DNA from: the human T2T-CHM13v2.0 reference genome, Homo sapiens
Reading direction: 5' to 3' (one strand)
DNA length: 64,000 nt
Assembly (NCBI RefSeq): GCF_009914755.1
Contig: NC_060929.1
A model generated the notes under the pieces. That model had not been told where the DNA came from. It saw nothing but the letters and a program-made list of their open reading frames with translations, and searched no databases. A program made the translations under genes and the position numbers. Below are positions 50,801 through 63,000 of this stretch, piece after piece; position 1 is the first letter of the stretch; the number at the start of each line of letters is the position of its first letter.

Positions 50801-53800
50801 GTAACTTCCTTGTGTTGTGTGTGTTCAACTCACAGAGTTGAACTTTCATTTACACAGAGCAGATTTGAAACACTCTTTTTGTGGAATTTGCAAATGGAGA
50901 TTTCAAGCGCTTTGAGACCAAAGGCAGAAAAGGAAATATCTTCGTATAAAAACTAGACAGAATCATTCTCAGAAACTGCTCTGCGATGTGTGCGTTCAAC
51001 TCTCAGAGTTTAACTTTGCTTTTCATTCAGCAGTTTGGAAACACTCTGTTTGTAAAGTCTGCACGTGGATAATTTGACCACTTAGAGGCCTTCGTTGGAA
51101 ACGGGTTTTTTTCATGTAAGGCTAGACAGAAGAATTCTCAGTAACTTCCTTGTGTTGTGTGTATTCAACTCACAGAGTTGAACGATCCTTTACACAGAGC
51201 AGACTTGTAACACTCTTTTTGTGGAATTTGCAAGTGGAGATTTCAGCCGCTTTGAAGTCAAAGGTAGAAAAGGAAATATCTTCCTATAAAAACTAGACAG
51301 AATGATTCTCAGAAACTCCTTTGTGATGTGTGCGTTCAACTCACAGAGTTTAACCTTTCTTTTCATAGAGCAGTTAGGAAACACTCTGTTTGTAAAGTCT
51401 CCAAGTGGATATTCAGACCTCTTTGAGGCCTTCGTTGGAAACGGGTTTTTTTCATATAAGGCTAGACAGAAGAATTCCCAGTAACTTCCTTGTGTTGTGT
51501 GTGTTCAACTCACAGAGTTGAACTTTGATTTACACAGAGCAGATTTGAAACACTCTTTTTGTGGAATTTGCAAGTGGAGATTTCAAGCGCTTTGAGGCCA
51601 AAGGCAGAAAAGGAAATATCTTCGTATAAAAACTAGACAGAATCATTCTCAGAAACTGCTCTGCGATGTGTGCGTTCAACTCTCAGAGTTTAACTTTTCT
51701 TTTCATTCAGCAGTTTGGAAACACTCTGTTTGTAAAGTCTGCACGTGGATATTTTGACCACTTAGAGGCCTTCGTTGGAAACGGGTTTTTTTCCTGTAAG
51801 GCTAGACAGAAGAATTCCCAGTAACTTCCTTGTGTTGTGTACATTCAACTCACAGAGTTGAACGTTCCCTTAGACAGAGCAGATTTGAAACACTCTTTTT
51901 GTGCAATTGGCAAGTGGAGATTTCAAGCGCTTTAAGGTCAATGGCAGAAAAGGAAATATCTTCGTTTCAAAACTAGACAGAATCATTCCCACAAACTGCG
52001 TTGTGATGTGTTCGTTCATCTCACAGAGTTTAACCTTTCTTTTCGTAGAGCAGTTAGGAAACAGTCTGTTTGTAAATTCTGTAAGTGGATATTCTGACAT
52101 CTTGTGGCCTTCGTTGGAAACGGGATTTCTTCATATTCTGCTAGACAGAAGAATTCTCAGAATCTTCCTTGTGTTGTGTGTATTCAACTCACACAGTTGA
52201 ACGATTGTTTACACAGAGCAGATTTGAAACACTCTTTTTGTGGAATTTGCAAGTGGAGATTTCAGCCGCTTTGAGGTCAATGGTAGAAAAGGAAATATCT
52301 TCGTATAAAAACTAGACAGAATGATTCTCAGAAACTTCTTTGTGATGTGTGCGTTCAACTCACAGAGTTTAACCTTTCTTTTCATAGAGCAGTTATGAAA
52401 CACTCTGTTTGTAAACTCTGCAAGTGGATATTCAGACCTCTTTGAGGCCTTCGTTGGAAACGGGATTTCTTCATACTGTGCTAGACAGAAGAATTCTCAG
52501 TAACTTCCTTGTGTTGTGTGTATTCAACTCACAGAGTTGAACGATCCTTTACACAGAGCAGACTTGAAACACTCTTTTTGTGGAATTTGCAAGTGGAGAT
52601 TTCAGCCGCGTTGAGGTCAATGGTAGAAAAGGAAATATCTTCGTATAAAAACTAGACAGAATGATTCTCAGAAACTCCTTTGTGATGTGTGTGTTCAACT
52701 CACAGAGTTTAACATTTCTTTTCATAGAGCAGTTAGGAAACACTCTGTTTGTAAAGTCTGCAAGTGGATATTCAGACCTCTTTGAGGCCTTCGTTGGAAA
52801 CGGGTTTTTTTCATATAAGGCTAGACAGAAGAATTCCCAGTAACTTCCTTGTGTTGTGTGTGTTCAACTCACAGAGTTGAACTTTCGTTTACACAGAGCA
52901 GATTTGAAACACTCTTTTTGTGGAATTTGCAAATGGAGATTTCAAGCGCTTTGAGGCCAAAGGCAGAAAAGGAAATATCTTCGTATAAAAACTAGACAGA
53001 ATCATTCTCAGAAACTGCTCTGCGATGTGTGCGTTCAACTCTCAGAGTTTAACTTTTCTTTTCATTCAGCAGTTTGGAAACACTCTGTTTGTAAAGTCTG
53101 CACGTGGATAATTTGACCACTTAGAGGCCTTCGTTGGAAACGGGTTTTTTTCATGTAAGGCTAGACAGAAGAATTCTCAGTAACTTCCTTGTGTTGTGTG
53201 TATTCAACTCACACAGTTGAACGATCCTTTACACAGAGCAGACTTGTAACACTCTTTTTGTGGAATTTGCAAGTGGGGATTTCAGCCGCTTTGAAGTCAA
53301 AGGTAGAAAAGGAAATATCTTCCTATAAAAACTAGACAGAATGATTCTCAGAAACTCCTTTGTGATGTGTGCTTTCAACTCACAGAGTTTAACCTTTCTT
53401 TTCATAGAGCAGTTAGGAAACACTCTGTTTGTAAAGTCTGCAAGTGGATATTCAGACCTCTTTGAGGCCTTCGTTGGAAACGGGTTTTTTTCATATAAGG
53501 CTAGACAGAAGAATTCCCAGTAACTTCCTTGTGTTGTGTGTGTTCAACTCACAGAGTTGAACTTTCATTTACACAGAGCAGATTTGAAACACTCTTTTTG
53601 TGGAATTTGCAAATGGAGATTTCAAGCGCTTTGAGGCCAAAGGCAGAAAAGGAAATATCTTCGTATAAAAACTAGACAGAATCATTCTCAGAAACTGCTC
53701 TGCGATGTGTGCGTTCAACTCTCAGAGTTTAACTTTGCTTTTCATTCAGCAGTTTGGAAACACTCTGTTTGTAAAGTCTGCACGTGGATAATTTGACCAC

Positions 53801-56800
53801 TTAGAGGCCTTCGTTGGAAACGGGTTTTTTTCATGTAAGGCTAGACAGAAGAATTCTCAGTAACTTCCTTGTGTTGTGTGTATTCAACTCACACAGTTGA
53901 ACGATCCTTTACACAGAGCAGACTTGTAACACTCTTTTTGTGGAATTTGCAAGTGGAGATTTCAGCCGCTTTGAAGTCAAAGGTAGAAAAGGAAATATCT
54001 TCCTATAAAAACTAGACAGAATGATTCTCAGAAACTCCTTTGTGATGTGTGCGTTCAACTCACAGAGTTTAACCTTTCTTTTCATAGAGCAGTTAGGAAA
54101 CACTCTGTTTGTAAAGTCTCCAAGTGGATATTCAGACCTCTTTGAGGCCTTCGTTGGAAACGGGTTTTTTTCATATAAGGCTAGACAGAAGAATTCCCAG
54201 TAACTTCCTTGTGTTGTGTGTGTTCAACTCACAGAGTTGAACTTTGATTTACACAGAGCAGATTTGAAACACTCTTTTTGTGGAATTTGCAAGTGGAGAT
54301 TTCAAGCGCTTTGAGGCCAAAGGCAGAAAAGGAAATATCTTCGTATAAAAACTAGACAGAATCATTCTCAGAAACTGCTCTGCGATGTGTGCGTTCAACT
54401 CTCAGAGTTTAACTTTTCTTCTCATTCAGCAGTTTGGAAACACTCTGTTTGTAAAGTCTGCACGTGGATAATTTGACCACTTAGAGGCCTTCGTTGGAAA
54501 CGGGTTTTTTTCATGTAAGGCTAGACAGAAGAATTCTCAGTAACTTCCTTGTGTTGTGTGTATTCAACTCACAGAGTTGAACGATCCTTTACACAGAGCA
54601 GACTTGTAACACTCTTTTTGTGGAATTTGCAAGTGGAGATTTCAGCCGCTTTGAAGTCAAAGGTAGAAAAGGAAATATCTTCCTATAAAAACTAGACAGA
54701 ATGATTCTCAGAAACTCCTTTGTGATGTGTGTGTTCAACTCACAGAGTTTAACCTTTCTTTTCATAGAGCCGTTAGGAATCACTCTGTTTGTAAAGTCTG
54801 CAAGTGGATATTCAGACCTCTTTGAGGCCTTCGTTGGAAACGGGTTTTTTTCATATAAGGCTAGACAGAAGAATTCCCAGTAACTTCCTTGTGTTGTGTG
54901 TGTTCAACTCACAGAGTTGAACTTTCATTTACACAGAGCAGATTTGAAACACTCTTTTTTTGGAATTTGCAAATGGAGATTTCAAGCGCTTTGAGGCCAA
55001 AGGCAGAAAAGGAAATATCTTTGTATAAAAACTAGACAGAATCATTCTCAGAAACTGCTCTGCGATGTGTGCGTTCAACTCTCAGAGTTTAACTTTGCTT
55101 TTCATTCAGCAGTTTGGAAACACTCTGTTTGTAAAGTCTGCACGTGGATAATTTGACCACTTAGAGGCCTTCGTTGGAAACGGGTTTTTTTCATGTAAGG
55201 CTAGACAGAAGAATTCTCAGTAACTTCCTTGTGTTGTGTGTATTCAACTCACACAGTTGAACGATCCTTTACACAGAGCAGACTTGTAACACTCTTTTTG
55301 TGGAATTTGAAAGTGGAGATTTCAGCCGCTTTGAAGTCAAAGGTAGAAAAGGAAATATCTTCCTATAAAAACTAGACAGAATGATTCTCAGAAACTCCTT
55401 TGTGATGTGTGTGTTCAACTCACAGAGTTTAACCTTTCTTTTCATAGAACAGTTAGGAATCACTCTGTTTGTAAAGTCTGCAAGTGGATATTCAGACCTC
55501 TTTGAGGCCTTCGTTGGAAACGGGTTTTTTTCATATAAGGCTAGACAGAAGAATTCCCAGTAACTTCCTTGTGTTGTGTGTGTTCAACTCACAGAGTTGA
55601 ACTTTCATTTACACAGAGCAGATTTGAAACACTCTTTTTGTGGAATTTGCAAATGGAGATTTCAAGCGCTTTGAGGCCAAAGGCAGAAAAGGAAATATCT
55701 TTGTATAAAAACTAGACAGAATCATTCTCAGAAACTGCTCTGCGATGTGTGCGTTCAACTCTCAGAGTTTAACTTTGCTTTTCATTCAGCAGTTTGGAAA
55801 CACTCTGTTTGTAAAGTCTGCACGTGGATAATTTGACCACTTAGAGGCCTTCGTTGGAAACGGGTTTTTTTCATGTAAGGCTAGACAGAAGAATTCTCAG
55901 TAACTTCCTTGTGTTGTGTGTATTCAACTCACACAGTTGAACGATCCTTTACACAGAGCAGACTTGTAACACTCTTTTTGTGGAATTTGCAAGTGGAGAT
56001 TTCAGCCGCTTTGAAGTCAAAGGTAGAAAAGGAAATATCTTCCTATAAAAACTAGACAGAATGATTCTCAGAAACTCCTTTGTGATGTGTGCGTTCAACT
56101 CACAGAGTTTAACCTTTCTTTTCATAGAGCAGTTAGGAAACACTCTGTTTGTAAAGTCTCCAAGTGGATATTCAGACCTCTTTGAGGCCTTCGTTGGAAA
56201 CGGGTTTTTTTCATATAAGGCTAGACAGAAGAATTCCCAGTAACTTCCTTGTGTTGTGTGTGTTCAACTCACAGAGTTGAACTTTGATTTACACAGAGCA
56301 GATTTGAAACACTCTTTTTGTGGAATTTGCAAGTGGAGATTTCAAGCGCTTTGAGGCCAAAGGCAGAAAAGGAAATATCTTCGTATAAAAACTAGACAGA
56401 ATCATTCTCAGAAACTGCTCTGCGATGTGTGCGTTCAACTCTCAGAGTTTAACTTTTCTTTTCATTCAGCAGTTTGGAAACACTCTGTTTGTAAAGTCTG
56501 CACGTGGATATTTTGACCACTTAGAGGCCTTCGTTGGAAACGGGTTTTTTTCCTGTAAGGCTAGACAGAAGAATTCCCAGTAACTTCCTTGTGTTGTGTA
56601 CATTCAACTCACAGAGTTGAACGTTCCCTTAGACAGAGCAGATTTGAAACACTCTTTTTGTGCAATTGGCAAGTGGAGATTTCAAGCGCTTTAAGGTCAA
56701 TGGCAGAAAAGGAAATATCTTCGTTTCAAAACTAGACAGAATCATTCCCACAAACTGCGTTGTGATGTGTTCGTTCATCTCACAGAGTTTAACCTTTCTT

Positions 56801-57070
56801 TTCGTAGAGCAGTTAGGAAACAGTCTGTTTGTAAATTCTGTAAGTGGATATTCTGACATCTTGTGGCCTTCGTTGGAAACGGGATTTCTTCATATTCTGC
56901 TAGACAGAAGAATTCTCAGAATCTTCCTTGTGTTGTGTGTATTCAACTCACACAGTTGAACGATTGTTTACACAGAGCAGATTTGAAACACTCTTTCTGT
57001 GGAATTTGCAAGTGGAGATTTCAGCCGCTTTGAGGTCAATGGTAGAAAAGGAAATATCTTCGTATAAAAA
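38352..57070 (+). repeat. Near-identical tandem duplication, period 8,836 bp (~2.1 copies)
   Basis: Private variants recur at +8836: TACTGTGTAG deletion, GCATGTGG, GGCCATCG, GAGACCAAA, GAGCCGTTAG and TTTGAAAGTGG. Confidence 0.9.
38899..56570 (+). repeat. HOR series 12-12-28-12-12-28 (two copies of a 52-monomer super-unit)
   Basis: C dimers start at 38899, 40937, 42976, 47735, 49773, 51812 and 56571. Confidence 0.9.
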
Positions 57071-60000
57071 ACTAGACAGAATGATTCTCAGAAACTTCTT
57101 TGTGATGTGTGCGTTCAACTCACAGAGTTTAACCTTTCTTTTCATGGAGCAGTTAGGAAACACTCTGTTTGTAAACTCTGCAAGTGGATATTCAGACCTC
57201 TTTGAGGCCTTCGTTGGAAACGGGATTTCTTCATACTGTGCTAGACAGAAGAATTCTCAGTAACTTCCTTGTGTTGTGTGTATTCAACTCACAGAGTTGA
57301 ACGATCCTTTACACAGAGCAGACTTGAAACACTCTTTTTGTGGAATTTGCAAGTGGAGATTTCAGCCGCGTTGAGGTCAATGGTAGAAAAGGAAATATCT
57401 TCGTATAAAAACTAGACAGAATGATTCTCAGAAACTCCTTTGTGATGTGTGTGTTCAACTCACAGAGTTTAACATTTCTTTTCATAGAGCAGTTAGGAAA
57501 CACTCTGTTTGTAAAGTCTGCAAGTGGATATTCAGACCTCTTTGAGGCCTTCGTTGGAAACGGGTTTTTTTCATATAAGGCTAGAGAGAAGAATTCCCAG
57601 TAACTTCCTTGTGTTGTGTGTGTTCAACTCACAGAGTTGAACTTTCATTTACACAGAGCAGATTTGAAACACTCTTTTTGTGGAATTTGCAAGTGGAGAT
57701 TTCAAGCGCTTTCAGGCCAAAGGCAGAAAAGGAAATATCTTCGTATAAAAACTAGACAGAATCATTCTCAGAAACTGCTCTGCGATGTGTGCGTTCAACT
57801 CTCAGAGTTTAACTTTGCTTTTCATTCAGCAGTTTGGAAACACTCTGTTTGTAAAGTCTGCACGTGGATAATTTGACCACTTAGAGGCCTTCGTTGGAAA
57901 CGGGTTTTTTTCATGTAAGGCTAGACAGAAGAATTCTCAGTAACTTCCTTGTGTTGTGTGTATTCAACTCACAGAGTTGACCGATCCTTTACACAGAGCA
58001 GACTTGTAACACTCTTTTTGTGGAATTTGCAAGTGGAGATTTCAGCCGCTTTGAAGTCAAAGGTAGAAAAGGGAATATCTTCCTATAAAAACTAGACAGA
58101 ATGATTCTCAGAAACTCCTTTGTGATGTGTGCGTTCAACTCACAGAGTTTAACCTTTCTTTTCATAGAGCAGTTAGGAAACACTCTGTTTCTAAAGTCTG
58201 CAAGTGGATATTCAGACCTCTTTGAGGCCTTCGTTGGAAACGGGTTTTTTTCATATAAGGCTAGAGAGAAGAATTCCCAGTAACTTCCTTGTGTTGTGTG
58301 TGTTCAACTCACAGAGTTGAACTTTCATTTACACAGAGCAGATTTGAAACACTCTTTTTGTGGAATTTGCAAGTGGAGATTTCAAGCGCTGTGAGGCCAA
58401 AGGCAGAAAAGGAAATATCTTCGTATAAAAACTAGACAGAATCATTCTCAGAAACTGCTCTGTGATGTGTGCGTTCAACTCTCAGAGTTTAACTTTTCTT
58501 TTCATTCAGCAGTTTGGAAACACTCTGTTTGTAAAGTCTGCACGTGGATAATTTGACCACTTAGAGGCCTTCGTTGGAAACGGTTTTTTTTAATGTAAGG
58601 CTAGACAGAAGAATTCTCAGTAACTTCCTTGTGTTGTGTGTATTCAACTCACACAGTTGAACGATCCTTTACACAGAGCAGACTTGTAACACTCTTTTTG
58701 TGGAATTTGCAAGTGGAGATTTCAGCCGCTTTGAAGTCAAAGGTGGAAAAGGAAATATCTTCCTATAAAAACTAGACAGAATGATTCTCAGAAACTCCTT
58801 TGTGATGTGTGCGTTCAACTCACAGAGTTTAACCTTTCTTTTCATAGAGCAGTTAGGAAACACTCTGTTTGTAAAGTCTGCAAGTGGATATTCAGACCTC
58901 TTTGAGGCCTTCGTTGGAAACGGGTTTTTTTCATATAAGGCTAGACAGAAGAATTCCCAGTAACTTCCTTGTGTTGTGTGTGTTCAACTCACAGAGTTGA
59001 ACTTTCATTTACACAGAGCAGATTTGAAACACTCTTTTTGTGGAATTTGCAAATGGAGATTTCAAGCGCTTTGAGGCCAAAGGCAGAAAAGGAAATATCT
59101 TCGTATAAAAACTAGACAGAATCATTCTCAGAAACTGCTCTGCAATGTGTGCGTTCAACTCTCAGAGTTTAACTTTTCTTTTCATTCAGCAGTTTGGAAA
59201 CACTCTGTTTGTAAAGTCTGCACGTGGATAATTTGACCACTTAGAGGCCTTCGTTGGAAACGGGTTTTTTTCATGTAAGGCTAGACAGAAGAATTCTCAG
59301 TAACTTCCTTGTGTTGTGTGTATTCAACTCACACAGTTGAACGATCCTTTACACAGAGCAGACTTGTAACACTCTTTTTGTGGAATTTGCAAGTGGAGAT
59401 TTCAGCCGCTTTGAAGTCAAAGGTAGAAAAGGAAATATCTTCCTATAAAAACTAGACAGAATGATTCTCAGAAACTCCTTTGTGATGTGTGCGTTCAACT
59501 CACAGAGTTTAACCTTTCTTTTCATAGAGCAGTTAGGAAACACTCTGCTTGTAAAGTCTGCAAGTGGATATTCAGCCCTCTTTGAGGCCTTCGTTGGAAA
59601 CGGGTTTTTTTCATATAAGGCTAGACAGAAGAATTCCCAGTAACTTCCTTGTGTTGTGTGTGTTCAACTCACAGAGTTGAACTTTGATTTACACAGAGCA
59701 GATTTGAAACACTCTTTTTGTGGAATTTGCAAATGGAGATTTCAAGCGCTTTGAGGCCAAAGGCAGAAAAGGAAATATCTTCGTATAAAAACTAGACAGA
59801 ATCATTCTCAGAAACTGCTCTGCGATGTGTGCGTTCAACTCTCAGAGTTTAACTTTGCTTTTCATTCAGCAGTTTGGAAACACTCTGTTTGTAAAGTCTG
59901 CACGTGGATAATTTGACCACTTAGAGGCCTTCGTTGGAAACGGGTTTTTTTCATGTAAGGCTAGACAGAAGAATTCTCAGTAACTTCCTTGTGTTGTGTG

Positions 60001-63000
60001 TATTCAACTCACACAGTTGAACGATCCTTTACACAGAGCAGACTTGTAACACTCTTTTTGTGGAATTTGCAAGTGGAGATTTCAGCCGCTTTGAAGTCAA
60101 AGGTAGAAAAGGAAATATCTTCCTATAAAAACTAGACAGAATGATTCTCAGAAACTCCTTTGTGATGTGTGCGTTCAACTCACAGAGTTTAACCTTTCTT
60201 TTCATAGAGCAGTTAGGAAACACTCTGTTTGTAAAGTCTCCAAGTGGATATTCAGACCTCTTTGAGGCCTTCGTTGGAAACGGGTTTTTTTCATATAAGG
60301 CTAGACAGAAGAATTCCCAGTAACTTCCTTGTGTTGTGTGTGTTCAACTCACAGAGTTGAACTTTCATTTACACAGAGCAGATTTGAAACACTCTTTTTG
60401 TGGAATTTGCAAGTGGAGATTTCAGCCGCTTTGAAGTCAAAGGTAGAAAAGGAAATATCTTCCTATAAAAACTAGACAGAATGATTCTCAGAAACTCCTT
60501 TGTGATGTGTGCGTTCAACTCACAGAGTTTAACCTTTCTTTTCATAGAGCAGTTAGGAAACACTCTGTTTGTAAAGTCTCCAAGTGGATATTCAGACCTC
60601 TTTGAGGCCTTCGTTGGAAACGGGTTTTTTTCATATAAGGCTAGACAGAAGAATTCCCAGTAACTTCCTTGTGTTGTGTGTGTTCAACTCACAGAGTTGA
60701 ACTTTGATTTACACAGAGCAGATTTGAAACACTCTTTTTGTGGAATTTGCAAGTGGAGATTTCAAGCGCTTTGAGGCCAAAGGCAGAAAAGGAAATATCT
60801 TCGTATAAAAACTAGACAGAATCATTCTCAGAAACTGCTCTGCGATGTGTGCGTTCAACTCTCAGAGTTTAACTTTTCTTCTCATTCAGCAGTTTGGAAA
60901 CACTCTGTTTGTAAAGTCTGCACGTGGATAATTTGACCACTTAGAGGCCTTCGTTGGAAACGGGTTTTTTTCATGTAAGGCTAGACAGAAGAATTCTCAG
61001 TAACTTCCTTGTGTTGTGTGTATTCAACTCACAGAGTTGAACGATCCTTTACACAGAGCAGACTTGTAACACTCTTTTTGTGGAATTTGCAAGTGGAGAT
61101 TTCAGCCGCTTTGAAGTCAAAGGTAGAAAAGGAAATATCTTCCTATAAAAACTAGACAGAATGATTCTCAGAAACTCCTTTGTGATGTGTGTGTTCAACT
61201 CACAGAGTTTAACCTTTCTTTTCATAGAGCCGTTAGGAATCACTCTGTTTGTAAAGTCTGCAAGTGGATATTCAGACCTCTTTGAGGCCTTCGTTGGAAA
61301 CGGGTTTTTTTCATATAAGGCTAGACAGAAGAATTCCCAGTAACTTCCTTGTGTTGTGTGTGTTCAACTCACAGAGTTGAACTTTCATTTACACAGAGCA
61401 GATTTGAAACACTCTTTTTTTGGAATTTGCAAATGGAGATTTCAAGCGCTTTGAGGCCAAAGGCAGAAAAGGAAATATCTTTGTATAAAAACTAGACAGA
61501 ATCATTCTCAGAAACTGCTCTGCGATGTGTGCGTTCAACTCTCAGAGTTTAACTTTGCTTTTCATTCAGCAGTTTGGAAACACTCTGTTTGTAAAGTCTG
61601 CACGTGGATAATTTGACCACTTAGAGGCCTTCGTTGGAAACGGGTTTTTTTCATGTAAGGCTAGACAGAAGAATTCTCAGTAACTTCCTTGTGTTGTGTG
61701 TATTCAACTCACACAGTTGAACGATCCTTTACACAGAGCAGACTTGTAACACTCTTTTTGTGGAATTTGAAAGTGGAGATTTCAGCCGCTTTGAAGTCAA
61801 AGGTAGAAAAGGAAATATCTTCCTATAAAAACTAGACAGAATGATTCTCAGAAACTCCTTTGTGATGTGTGTGTTCAACTCACAGAGTTTAACCTTTCTT
61901 TTCATAGAACAGTTAGGAATCACTCTGTTTGTAAAGTCTGCAAGTGGATATTCAGACCTCTTTGAGGCCTTCGTTGGAAACGGGTTTTTTTCATATAAGG
62001 CTAGACAGAAGAATTCCCAGTAACTTCCTTGTGTTGTGTGTGTTCAACTCACAGAGTTGAACTTTCATTTACACAGAGCAGATTTGAAACACTCTTTTTG
62101 TGGAATTTGCAAATGGAGATTTCAAGCGCTTTGAGGCCAAAGGCAGAAAAGGAAATATCTTTGTATAAAAACTAGACAGAATCATTCTCAGAAACTGCTC
62201 TGCGATGTGTGCGTTCAACTCTCAGAGTTTAACTTTGCTTTTCATTCAGCAGTTTGGAAACACTCTGTTTGTAAAGTCTGCACGTGGATAATTTGACCAC
62301 TTAGAGGCCTTCGTTGGAAACGGGTTTTTTTCATGTAAGGCTAGACAGAAGAATTCTCAGTAACTTCCTTGTGTTGTGTGTATTCAACTCACACAGTTGA
62401 ACGATCCTTTACACAGAGCAGACTTGTAACACTCTTTTTGTGGAATTTGCAAGTGGAGATTTCAGCCGCTTTGAAGTCAAAGGTAGAAAAGGAAATATCT
62501 TCCTATAAAAACTAGACAGAATGATTCTCAGAAACTCCTTTGTGATGTGTGCGTTCAACTCACAGAGTTTAACCTTTCTTTTCATAGAGCAGTTAGGAAA
62601 CACTCTGTTTGTAAAGTCTCCAAGTGGATATTCAGACCTCTTTGAGGCCTTCGTTGGAAACGGGTTTTTTTCATATAAGGCTAGACAGAAGAATTCCCAG
62701 TAACTTCCTTGTGTTGTGTGTGTTCAACTCACAGAGTTGAACTTTGATTTACACAGAGCAGATTTGAAACACTCTTTTTGTGGAATTTGCAAGTGGAGAT
62801 TTCAAGCGCTTTGAGGCCAAAGGCAGAAAAGGAAATATCTTCGTATAAAAACTAGACAGAATCATTCTCAGAAACTGCTCTGCGATGTGTGCGTTCAACT
62901 CTCAGAGTTTAACTTTTCTTTTCATTCAGCAGTTTGGAAACACTCTGTTTGTAAAGTCTGCACGTGGATATTTTGACCACTTAGAGGCCTTCGTTGGAAA

